DNA of 22,291 nucleotides from a virus, in the IMG/VR virus record IMGVR_UViG_3300035488_000130, positions 1-22,291 of that record; one strand, written 5' to 3'. Position 1 is the stretch's first letter. The number at the start of each line of letters is the position of its first letter. The notes beneath the pieces are model-generated. The model had not been told where the DNA came from and made no database searches. It worked only from the letters and a program-made list of their open reading frames with translations. A program made the position numbers and the translations under genes. Shown piece after piece: positions 8,025-16,265 of the stretch.

Positions 8025-11000
8025 CAGTAATGCCCCCCGAACCTGGCCTGTCTCAGTATCCTGACCAACTCGTCCCTCTCTTCCTTCCACTCTCTTTTTA
8101 GCTGTTCCATCATCTCCCGTATCTGAGGCCGGGCGACGTCACCGTAAACCGACAGGTTGATATCGCCCCGACTGACCAGCGACCCGTCGCTGTGCGTTGC
8201 GTATTGATTCGAAGCTTCACCATTTATGATCGTCTGCCCCAGCGTGCTGGATACCGCGCCGGATCCAGACACCGATTGGCTTTGGACTATGCCCCCCTGG
8301 GCGAAGGTCGCTACTCCCAGTTCCTGCATTACCCTGGGGAGTATCCGGAGGCCTGCAGCTCTGTCAGAGATAGGCACAAAGGCCTCCCGACCAGCTTCGC
8401 CGAAAACGCCGAACACTGGATGATCAGTTATGCCGCCTTCCGCCCACTGGATGGCCCCGGACCCGCCTACTGCTCGAGCTCCGGCATTCATCCAGGCAGC
8501 AGTTGAAGAGCCTGACGCCGGACCGGGGCTGGCGGCAATCCAACCACCACCGCCGGATATGGAAGTTCCGCCCCAGTATGCGGCGCCTCCCCGGTTGGCT
8601 AGGCCCAGGATACTAGATCCTCCATATCCGCCGTACCCTCCATAGCCTGAACTGGCCATGACCAGGCCGTCAGCTACCCTCTGAGTCTGAATTAGGTTCT
8701 GTCTGGTGTTCTCGACTACCTTTTCCGTTGCCGTGGCGGTGTCCCTGGTGGATTCGGCCACAGAATCCCAGGTCGAAATCTCTTGATCCCCGAGGCTCGT
8801 ATAGCCTCCGCCCATGTTGCCCAATCCCTTACCACCCGGCAGGTAATCTACGCCAGGAGTAAAATTGAGGCTCGGGTCGGGCTCAACGAAAGCTATACAG
8901 GTGCCGTTGTTGTCGTATATGGCATTCCAGGCAGTCCTCCTAGTGAGGGCGTCGCTTGTGTTGATGCCGCCGGGCATAACCAGAGCATCAGAAGGCGCGG
9001 TAATCGCAGATGTGACCGGAGTCGAGCTTTTGCCTGAAAGCCAACCGCCTGGCGTGGTGGCGGCTACACCCCCTCCATAGAATGAGCTGCTTCCGCCGTA
9101 ATACGATCCAAGCGGCAGATCGAGGTTGCCCCACCGCTTGCCTCCGGGCATATAGTCAGCTCCGGGGGTGAAGTTCAGGCTTGGATCAGGCTCTACAAAG
9201 GCGATGCATGTACCATCATTGTCATAGATCGCGTTCCACACGTCGCGGTTGGTGAGTGCTTGCGCTACCTTCGGAGTCTTCAGGACGTTCTCCTCAGTCA
9301 GTCCCATAGCCACCAACTGAGCCGCCCGGATCTCTCCGCTGATCCATTCATTCCCGGTAGTCTGAGGATCGGACAGCCACGATACGGGCATGTCGCCGGT
9401 GGTGAGCACTGGTGGAGCATTCGGGAAAGAGCCCCGCTTATAGGATTCGCTTCTGATCTCGTATGGATAGTCTTCGAAATATCGCCCACTGGTTAGATAG
9501 CTCATTGAACCCTTGTCGACATTTGCCGATTGTGGGTAGAGGCCCTTGATATCTTCCTCGGGGATCACGATCTCGGGACCGGCTTCTCCGATCCAGGCCA
9601 GGCCGCCCTGAGTGACTTTGCCGCCTTCGGCCAGCTTGGGTATATTGAGCTTGCCTGGAAACTGAGATATTTTATAGCTGGTATCGGTTTTTGCTGCGGT
9701 CAGACCGGCAGGAACATTCAGCTTGCGGGCGGAGCTGTTCACCTGGGAAACAGTCTGCTTCCAGCTTGCCATGCCCGTCGTAGCTCGGGCCTCCGAAAGT
9801 AGCGACATGAGCCTGCCGTTCACGGCTTCCATAGTCGAGGCCACATCCAGGAACTTGCCCCCCAGCGTTTCTGCTGAATCGCCCGCGGTCATCATCTTTT
9901 GGGCGATGGAAGTTCCGGCTTCGCCCAATTGGGTGAACCACTTTTGGTTTGCTAGGTCAGGATCATAATCCAGCAGAGTTTCGTATATTGGAACCAGGCT
10001 CGATACGTCATTGCTTTCAAGCGCAGAATCGAACTCCTCCAGCCAGCGCAAGATGGATTGAGAGCGTTCGCTACCTTCTTCGGCCAGCTTCTGCTCATAC
10101 TTGTACCGCTCTTCCTGCTCTGTGCTGGTCGGGATCTGGCCGGTGGCGGCGTAGATCTGCTCATAGACGGCGGCGTTGCTCTTTTTCCAGAGGGCGAAGT
10201 TAGCCACGAACTCATCAACTTCCGGCTTTACGTCCACGGAGAAAGCCCGCCCGTCGAGCGTGGCCTGGATATCTGATGCGAGCTTGTCTAATCCGGATGC
10301 AGCGAACTCAACCTTATACTCTTTCTCAAGATCTTTTAGAGTCTCAAGATACCCTTCCAGAAGAGGCTTTTCGGACAGCGGAGTAACAACACCATCTTCA
10401 ACAATGTCTTCCAGAACACCGCTCATCTCGGACGATACCGATTTGAGATATTTCGGCATATCGAGTATGACCGGCTTGACCATCTCCTCCATCTCGCGTT
10501 CTGCCTCAGCGGAATCTGAATAGCCGTATTTGGCACCAAACGCTAAGCGCTTGATCTCTTCGCCTGCTTCATCCAGCAGAGCCAGGTATCCAGAAGATTG
10601 GCCGGTGGTTTTGACCATCTTCTGCATAGAGTAGGTTTCGGGGAAGGTGGTCAGTGTCCGGTTCCAAGACTCCTTGTATTTCTTTTCAAAGTCGTCGTTC
10701 CCCCCTATGATCTTGCCATTAACGACGGACATCCCGCCCGGATGAGACTTTATATAGGCATCCTGGGCAGCCGAGAACTCTTCGGCCACTTTCTCTGCTA
10801 TACCAGACGTCAGGTTATCGGCCACCGCATCAGACGCGCTCGCGGCCCCTTGTTTTGCCCCTGCGGCTATCTCTTCAGCCGTTTTTTTGCGGATGCCCGA
10901 CAGAGAGACGTTATACCATTCGCCATTGAGGGCGAAATCCCCGACATTGCCCTGAGACAGGTTCTCCATCATCCCCTGGCCCGCCTTCCATATCTCGGAA

Positions 11001-12400
11001 CCAGCTACGTTCATGCCCTGCCAGGAATCGGCAATAGCGTTGGCTATGTCGGTCACTATGGGCAGTATGACCCCACCAAGCTGCTCAAAGCTCACTTGGG
11101 CGGCCTGACCAATACGGGCAAAAGCGGTGTTTGCATCGTCCGCGACTTTCTCAAAGCCTTCGGTGATGTTGGATGGGTCCAATTCTATTGCTTTGTTCAA
11201 CTTACCGACACCGCTTTTGATGTCGGCTATCATCTTGTCCATAGCCCCGGAGCCTTCTATGCCGAGGAGCTTGATCATGTCGGGCCGGTCGCCCTCGGGC
11301 ATGGCGGCCAGCTCTTCGGCGATGGCCTGGAAAGTTCCAACAAAATCAGTTTTTAGGGATTCTTGGAACTGGGCATTGTCCATTCCAATGATCTGAGCCA
11401 GTTCAGCGCCATGCTGTTTTGCGCCTTTTGCCATCCTCTCGATCTGAGTTCCTGCTTCGCCAGCGCTCGCTCCGGTGTCGATCAGAAATGATGTGAGGGC
11501 TAGCCACTTGCCATAAGTATCTTCTGTTGGGGCAAAGGACGCGACCGCGCTGGATGCGTTCCTCATGGCGGTAACTATCTCCTCTTCGGAAGAGCCCATC
11601 GTGTTGGCCAGAGAGTCCACCTTGCCGCCTACTGATTCGGCATAATCAGACCATGAAAGCTCCTGTTCACCCATCGCCCGGCGCTGGGCATTCCATGCTC
11701 CTATGGTCACCGATCCCATTTTGCCTATGCCCGCGCTGGTAGCTTCGGCTGACATCCCCCAGGCACCTTGAAGCATGGCGGTGGATCGTGCGAAATCAAG
11801 CAGCTCTTTCTTATATCCTTGGACGTCGCCAACGTCGAGTTTGGCTTGGCCCACGCCAATAGATCCTGCCTGCTCTATCAGCCCGGCAGCGGCCTCTCGT
11901 GTGATCCCCATCTCCATCCGGAGATCCTGCAGGGAGTCCATGAGGTCAGTAAGGTTCTTCCCATCCAGCCCGGTGGTCCGCCCTATGGATGTGGCCATGC
12001 TCTCCCAGGCCGCGGCGGCTTGGACAGACTTAGCTGCCAGGAGGCCCACGCCAGCCGCCGCTACTCCAGCAGCCAGGCCGATCGGGCCAATGGCCATCGC
12101 AATATCCGATGCCGCCCCGCCTATAGGCCCCAGGCCGGCCATGAAAGATGTAGCATACTGGCCGCCAGCCTGCCGTCCTATCCCTCCAAAATCTACCCCA
12201 GAGAACAGCTTGCTCATCCGGCCTTTGGTGGCATAAGAAGCGGAAGCATCCATCTGGTTGAAAAAACCAGACATGTCCACTTGTGGGGCAATCTTGGGGG
12301 CCTTGAGCGAGTTTAGCTGCTGCTGGAGGTTCTTTAGGCCTTGCTCGATCTGCGAGCCGTTATAAGTTCCTGAAATTTCGAATGCTGCTATAAAGATCAC
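8024..12400 (-). CDS. Tail tape measure protein; 1458 aa
   Basis: Long Ala/Gly-rich helical protein with a TP901-like core (AAAWESMATSIGRTTGL...); AEGG...GEAGPE motifs near the C-terminus; follows the tail chaperones; GTG start in a GTGA overlap. Confidence 0.93.
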   Translation of the reverse strand: MIFIAAFEISGTYNGSQIEQGLKNLQQQLNSLKAPKIAPQVDMSGFFNQMDASASYATKGRMSKLFSGVDFGGIGRQAGGQYATSFMAGLGPIGGAASDIAMAIGPIGLAAGVAAAGVGLLAAKSVQAAAAWESMATSIGRTTGLDGKNLTDLMDSLQDLRMEMGITREAAAGLIEQAGSIGVGQAKLDVGDVQGYKKELLDFARSTAMLQGAWGMSAEATSAGIGKMGSVTIGAWNAQRRAMGEQELSWSDYAESVGGKVDSLANTMGSSEEEIVTAMRNASSAVASFAPTEDTYGKWLALTSFLIDTGASAGEAGTQIERMAKGAKQHGAELAQIIGMDNAQFQESLKTDFVGTFQAIAEELAAMPEGDRPDMIKLLGIEGSGAMDKMIADIKSGVGKLNKAIELDPSNITEGFEKVADDANTAFARIGQAAQVSFEQLGGVILPIVTDIANAIADSWQGMNVAGSEIWKAGQGMMENLSQGNVGDFALNGEWYNVSLSGIRKKTAEEIAAGAKQGAASASDAVADNLTSGIAEKVAEEFSAAQDAYIKSHPGGMSVVNGKIIGGNDDFEKKYKESWNRTLTTFPETYSMQKMVKTTGQSSGYLALLDEAGEEIKRLAFGAKYGYSDSAEAEREMEEMVKPVILDMPKYLKSVSSEMSGVLEDIVEDGVVTPLSEKPLLEGYLETLKDLEKEYKVEFAASGLDKLASDIQATLDGRAFSVDVKPEVDEFVANFALWKKSNAAVYEQIYAATGQIPTSTEQEERYKYEQKLAEEGSERSQSILRWLEEFDSALESNDVSSLVPIYETLLDYDPDLANQKWFTQLGEAGTSIAQKMMTAGDSAETLGGKFLDVASTMEAVNGRLMSLLSEARATTGMASWKQTVSQVNSSARKLNVPAGLTAAKTDTSYKISQFPGKLNIPKLAEGGKVTQGGLAWIGEAGPEIVIPEEDIKGLYPQSANVDKGSMSYLTSGRYFEDYPYEIRSESYKRGSFPNAPPVLTTGDMPVSWLSDPQTTGNEWISGEIRAAQLVAMGLTEENVLKTPKVAQALTNRDVWNAIYDNDGTCIAFVEPDPSLNFTPGADYMPGGKRWGNLDLPLGSYYGGSSSFYGGGVAATTPGGWLSGKSSTPVTSAITAPSDALVMPGGINTSDALTRRTAWNAIYDNNGTCIAFVEPDPSLNFTPGVDYLPGGKGLGNMGGGYTSLGDQEISTWDSVAESTRDTATATEKVVENTRQNLIQTQRVADGLVMASSGYGGYGGYGGSSILGLANRGGAAYWGGTSISGGGGWIAASPGPASGSSTAAWMNAGARAVGGSGAIQWAEGGITDHPVFGVFGEAGREAFVPISDRAAGLRILPRVMQELGVATFAQGGIVQSQSVSGSGAVSSTLGQTIINGEASNQYATHSDGSLVSRGDINLSVYGDVARPQIREMMEQLKREWKEERDELVRILRQARFGGHY
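8813..9259 (-). repeat. Two 138-nt (46-codon) paralogous segments within tape measure: 9122-9259 and 8813-8950
   Basis: ALTNRDVWNAIYDNDGTCIAFVEPDPSLNFTPGADYMPGGKRWGNL versus ALTRRTAWNAIYDNNGTCIAFVEPDPSLNFTPGVDYLPGGKGLGNM. Confidence 0.95.
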
Positions 12401-12897
12401 CCCATACGCATCTTATGCTTTTCAAATTCGGCTTTGAGTTCTTCTGTTGTGTATTTCTTCTTAGGCGGTGCTTGCGGTATGGCCGGGAAAATGTCGTTGA
12501 ACCCCTTGTTGCCTTCGCTATGCAAATGCGACATGGCCACGAGATTATGGAATGCCGCGACCTTTGACAGATAGATCTCTTCTTCTATCCTCTGCCGGTG
12601 GAAATGGAGTTTTGCCAGAAGTTCATTGTAAGTATAATCTGTCCAAAGTTCTTTAGGGCTCAGTCCTAGGGAATAGCCGAGGCGGGCGGTGCTTCGCCAG
12701 AATCGATCTCTTGAAGTTGCTTCTCCAGTCGGGCTATAGCTTCCGCTACCTTCTTGCTGCTCACTTTCTCCCTCTTCTCCTGGATCTTCTGCTCCGTCGC
12801 CTTCATCGTTTTGAAGGCCTTCCACCTCTCTTCTTGAGAGGCAAGAGAAGAAGGGTGATTGCTCAGGAGGTAAGCCCGCTGGATTGCAACAATCAGC
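12397..12897 (-). CDS. Tail assembly chaperone extension (gpT-like), probably expressed by -1 frameshift from the upstream chaperone
   Basis: Open in the -1 frame from 12897; LGYSLGLSPKELWTDYTYNEL fits the gpT-like LG..P.E.W..T..EL pattern; the only ATG/GTG/TTG start before this motif is GTG 12825, deep inside the upstream gene; stop overlaps the tape measure start. Confidence 0.65.
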   Translation of the reverse strand, partial: ADCCNPAGLPPEQSPFFSCLSRREVEGLQNDEGDGAEDPGEEGESEQQEGSGSYSPTGEATSRDRFWRSTARLGYSLGLSPKELWTDYTYNELLAKLHFHRQRIEEEIYLSKVAAFHNLVAMSHLHSEGNKGFNDIFPAIPQAPPKKKYTTEELKAEFEKHKMRMG

Positions 12898-13220
12898 TCA
12901 TCATAATCTTTCCCGGACTCTTTGTAGGCGCTAATCATCTCATCGACTTGCTCGATAGTGATCTTGGGATCTTCATGCTTTAACGCGAACAGCAATGCAT
13001 ACGACTGCATGGTAGCGGTTGTGAGGGCCTGCATGATGATATCTTGTGCACTGAATACCACCCGTTTGCCATCGTTGTCTACGCCTACACCGGTCTTGGG
13101 CAGACCGACATATTCCAGAGCCCACTCTTCGAATTCACGAGTGGCGCCATTTGGCCATCTCAGAGTCCGAGGTTTATCTAAAGTTATTACTACCGATGAT
13201 AATCCTTTCTTGGTTGCCAT
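12666..13220 (-). CDS. Tail assembly chaperone (gpG-like); 184 aa
   Basis: Located between tail tube and tape measure; N-terminal ITLDKPRTLRW motif; GGAG upstream. Confidence 0.75.
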   Translation of the reverse strand: MATKKGLSSVVITLDKPRTLRWPNGATREFEEWALEYVGLPKTGVGVDNDGKRVVFSAQDIIMQALTTATMQSYALLFALKHEDPKITIEQVDEMISAYKESGKDYDELIVAIQRAYLLSNHPSSLASQEERWKAFKTMKATEQKIQEKREKVSSKKVAEAIARLEKQLQEIDSGEAPPASAIP

Positions 13221-13249
13221 AATTTGTTCATCTCCTGTAATGATATTCC

Positions 13250-13346
13250 TGAAAAACTGGCCAAAACCAGCCGCTCAGGAGGACGGTTTTTGGGTGCGCA
13301 ACCTAGGGGTTGGCCACTAAATAGCTATCTATAAAAATGTAGCTAT
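13250..13346 (-). promoter_or_regulatory. Intergenic control region: TATA-like box inside an inverted repeat, plus hairpins and a T-tract
   Basis: ATAGCTA(13321-27)...TAGCTAT(13340-46) flank TATAAAAA; minus-strand CCAAAAACC...GGTTTTGG stem, then CTGG/CCAG followed by TTTTT. Confidence 0.4.
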
Positions 13347-14350
13347 TGTTTTCTCAGGAACGGACCGCAATTGGGGCCGCCCCGAGATTCGAAGCGCAGT
13401 TTCACGCCGTTGATGCCATCGCCCGGAATGGTGATATTGGCTTGAGGGATCTGGCAGTAGTCCACCCAACGGATATCGTTGTCTTCATCCGCATAGAAGA
13501 TAGCTATGGCCGTGTCACCGCCGCTTGCGCCTGTAACATCCGTCCAGTCCGTAGGTTCCAGGCCGCCAGCCAGATGGGTATGAGCCATCACGGCAAGAGT
13601 TCCGACACCCGTTTCGCCAGATTTCAGCTCTGCCCGGACCTTGAGATCCTGGCATTGGCCGTTCTTGTTGAATGCTTCGACCAGCTGGGCGGCGGTTGTG
13701 GCGGTGTTAGGGGTGATGACGATATCGGTTCCCGTGACGACTATTGCCAGGGCACCCGCGCCAGGAGTGACATATTCTATCGATATGTTGTTTCCAGAGG
13801 TACCTCCTTCCACATGGGTATAGACTATATCGTTGTCCAACCCAGTTATTGCGGTCGTCAGAGTAGCACAGGTCTTGACCATCACGGTATCTGCCGAAGC
13901 CGACCATTCTTTCTGCTTGAGAACGGTCCTCTTTGCGGTGTCCCTGAGGAACATGATCTTTTCAGTGTCCCATCCGGCATCGAAAGAGACGTTTTTCACG
14001 CCGGAAACTGACACCGGCGTAAGACACTTCCCTGAGAGGCATCTCACGGTATCGGCTGACCCGAGTGCCGTGGCTAGATAGATGCGGCAGTCCGGATACT
14101 CTACCTTCTGAGTAGTCAGAGTCGTCCATGTGCCCGTGCCCCCGGCGGAATACTGGAATACGGGAACAGTGCCATCATCCAGGTTCCTCTTTGCGGGATC
14201 GGTGATCTCATAGACCGTGTAGCGAGGCCTGTAAGAGGATGGATCTGCAGAGAGATCCACCTCGTTCATGGCTTCGTTCGTCAGGTCTTGGGGCGTGCCA
14301 CTGCATATTTTCAGTGCTGCCACTCTGCCGACTGTAATATTAAGAGCCAT
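13343..14350 (-). CDS. Tail tube protein paralog with two inserted domains; 335 aa
   Basis: Shares MALNITVGRVAALK and GVKNVSFDAGWDTEKIMFLRDTAKRTV..KEWS with the adjacent 140-aa tube protein. Confidence 0.75.
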   Translation of the reverse strand: MALNITVGRVAALKICSGTPQDLTNEAMNEVDLSADPSSYRPRYTVYEITDPAKRNLDDGTVPVFQYSAGGTGTWTTLTTQKVEYPDCRIYLATALGSADTVRCLSGKCLTPVSVSGVKNVSFDAGWDTEKIMFLRDTAKRTVLKQKEWSASADTVMVKTCATLTTAITGLDNDIVYTHVEGGTSGNNISIEYVTPGAGALAIVVTGTDIVITPNTATTAAQLVEAFNKNGQCQDLKVRAELKSGETGVGTLAVMAHTHLAGGLEPTDWTDVTGASGGDTAIAIFYADEDNDIRWVDYCQIPQANITIPGDGINGVKLRFESRGGPNCGPFLRKQ

Positions 14351-14359
14351 TTGGCCCCC

Positions 14360-14782
14360 CTATGCAGGCACGGTCATAGCCACACCGTTCTCCTCGATAG
14401 TGAACGATGCGTTGTTCTCGTTCATCGGGTCGAAACCAGGAGAGTACTTTGTGACCTTTCCAGTCGTGCACATGAAAGTGGTCGTGGTTGCGGTTGCCGT
14501 TCCAGGATAGAGCATGAAAGCTATATCGCTGCCCGCGTTGTATGCGGTCCGGATGATGTCCTGGCCGGGGTCCGCGAAATCTTCCGTCAGTGTGCCCGTA
14601 AGGGTCCAATTCTTCAGAAGCATGACAGTGGTTCGGGCCGTGTCCTGAAGATGCATGATCTTCTTCGTTTCCCAGTTCGCATCTATGGAAACGTTCTGTG
14701 CTCCCAGAACGGTGGTTGTGGCCGTCCCGGATGTGGCTACACAAAGCTTTGCGTTCCTTCCTAATGTTATTGTCAGTACCAT
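14360..14782 (-). CDS. Major tail tube protein (TP901-1-like family); 140 aa, Thr-rich
   Basis: GAQNVSIDANWETKKIMHLQD...KNWTLTG...SFTIEENG tube pattern; GGAGG upstream. Confidence 0.8.
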   Translation of the reverse strand: MVLTITLGRNAKLCVATSGTATTTVLGAQNVSIDANWETKKIMHLQDTARTTVMLLKNWTLTGTLTEDFADPGQDIIRTAYNAGSDIAFMLYPGTATATTTTFMCTTGKVTKYSPGFDPMNENNASFTIEENGVAMTVPA

Positions 14783-14831
14783 ATTTTTCCTCCAAAGTAG
14801 CTACCTTTTCTCTGTGGCTCAGTCTAGAACT

Positions 14832-15509
14832 TCATCGCCGCTGTACGGCATACATCTTAGAGCCCATGTGCCCCAAGATAATGCGAGTGTCCAAAAATAT
14901 CTTGAAACCGGCGTCCCTCACCCTCTGGCTGAACGCAAAATCGAGAGTGAGGTACATCGGCGTCCCGTCGTGATCCTTCTGGATCATTGGCATGAAGAAC
15001 GGATAGATCCATGTCCCCTCCTCGTACCTCACCAGTTCCATACTGTCAGCCAGCTTCTGCAGAATCTCTCTGGAGATCATGGTGCATCCGGTGGGCAGGT
15101 ATCGGACTTCCGTGATCCCTCCACCAGGCCCTATGAGCACGTTCCCCTCTTTTAGAGGCACGACGCATAGCTGGTCTTCTTTCCCCCGTTTCAGGTAGGG
15201 GCCGCCGACCATCCCGCCGGTTTCCTTACACGAGTCCACAAGACGCTTGATCTCATAGCCAGGTGGATAAGCGGGATCGCCGTGCGGGTTGAAGATGATA
15301 TCATAGTCGAGCGAAAAGAAATAGTCGAAGTCGGTCTTGAGGAAATCAGTTGCAGCGATTGATAACCCAACGTCAATCACCGAAGTCTGAGTAAAATTAT
15401 AACCGATCTGAATTCCTTCGGGCTGTTCTGCCAGAGAGCGGATGAGCTGGTTGATAAACCGCATATCCGCCCCGGCATAAGCCTGAGAAGATAAGAGAAC
15501 TTTCGTTAT
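14832..15509 (-). CDS. GT-A fold (GT2-like) glycosyltransferase; first ATG at 15464, but the frame extends to ATA 15509
   Basis: DxD motif (FSLDYDII), GGPY, PTGCTMISREIL, TLDFAFSQR and GHMG; the beta1-like segment TKVLLSSQAY lies upstream of the ATG. Confidence 0.8.
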   Translation of the reverse strand: MTKVLLSSQAYAGADMRFINQLIRSLAEQPEGIQIGYNFTQTSVIDVGLSIAATDFLKTDFDYFFSLDYDIIFNPHGDPAYPPGYEIKRLVDSCKETGGMVGGPYLKRGKEDQLCVVPLKEGNVLIGPGGGITEVRYLPTGCTMISREILQKLADSMELVRYEEGTWIYPFFMPMIQKDHDGTPMYLTLDFAFSQRVRDAGFKIFLDTRIILGHMGSKMYAVQRR

Positions 15510-15929
15510 TTATTCCACCGCCTTAAAATCTATCGTGAGGATCTCGATCCACTGAAGGAGATCGTCGCTTGTGTCTGAATACAGGCTCCATCCCACCAGG
15601 CCGAAGGACAATTGCCCCCCGCTCCAGGGCAATGAGAATAGAGCTCTGATATGAGCTTTCACTGCCTCGATGAGGGCTTTCGCGGCGTCTTCGGATGATG
15701 CAGATATCGCCCGAACCTCGAGCTGGCCTGAGACGCGGTCGTTATCACCGCCAATATACGGAACTCCCCGAGACGGCAGATCAGCAACCATCAAGCAGGC
15801 GTACGGCGAATTGCTCACCATCTCATCCTGGAGTGAAAAGTTCCTGCCGGAGATAACACCAGTAATGAGCGGCCCTATGGTGTCCGAGTTCTGGAGGGAG
15901 GCAGCCAATGCTGAGGAGAGAGTAGACAT
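15510..15929 (-). CDS. Tail terminator-like protein (gp17/gpU-like); 139 aa
   Basis: Position between the gp10-like gene and the tail tube; PYACLMV, GQLEVRAIS...AAKALIEAVK and terminal LTIDF pattern. Confidence 0.65.
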   Translation of the reverse strand: MSTLSSALAASLQNSDTIGPLITGVISGRNFSLQDEMVSNSPYACLMVADLPSRGVPYIGGDNDRVSGQLEVRAISASSEDAAKALIEAVKAHIRALFSLPWSGGQLSFGLVGWSLYSDTSDDLLQWIEILTIDFKAVE

Positions 15930-15962
15930 AATTATTTATCCTTGAAAACTCATTATTTTGGT

Positions 15963-16265
15963 ATGCTGAAAATTCTAATAGCTATCATGCTGGTAGTGGG
16001 GGTCGGATGTGGTGACATTTGGGGTATGACCCCGGCAACACGAAACGACATGGCAATTAAGAGTGGTCTCACCAACCATGGTACATCGGATTTGCCGATG
16101 ATAGATGATCCCGATGTACTGAAAGTTTACATCGTCCGGGACGGTACAGCGCTTGCGATCGTTGCCCTCCAGAACGAGGATGGTCAGTGGGTCGTGGGAT
16201 TTACCGATATAAAGTCACAAAGCTATTATCTAGGGAATGAAACTGGGGCAGTAAAAATAACCTAG
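15963..16265 (+). CDS. Small secreted or membrane-anchored protein, antisense to the late operon (moron-like); 100 aa
   Basis: MLKILIAIMLVVGVGCG signal-like N-terminus; TTTATC at 15935-15940, about 25 nt before the ATG (leaderless promoter spacing); fills the gap between two minus-strand genes. Confidence 0.65.
   Translation: MLKILIAIMLVVGVGCGDIWGMTPATRNDMAIKSGLTNHGTSDLPMIDDPDVLKVYIVRDGTALAIVALQNEDGQWVVGFTDIKSQSYYLGNETGAVKIT

Noticed and set aside
8813-9259. Repeat pair as a diversity-generating retroelement TR/VR
   Set aside because: Differences are synonymous third-position changes of all base types, not adenine-specific, and no reverse transcriptase is present in the window
10598-11356. 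252-aa plus-strand ORF and other long plus-strand ORFs (11768-12316, 13346-14011, 20375-20932)
   Set aside because: Antisense shadows of well-supported GC3-rich genes, with no recognisable motifs or promoters
12908-12914. GGGAAAG lambda-type slippery sequence in the chaperone gene
   Set aside because: Read as GGG AAA G (wrong phase) and followed by TGA TGA in the -1 frame, so it cannot produce the extension
15963-16013. Firm lipoprotein call for the antisense gene
   Set aside because: GVGC deviates from the canonical [LVI][ASTVI][GAS]C lipobox at -3, so it is kept only as 'exported'
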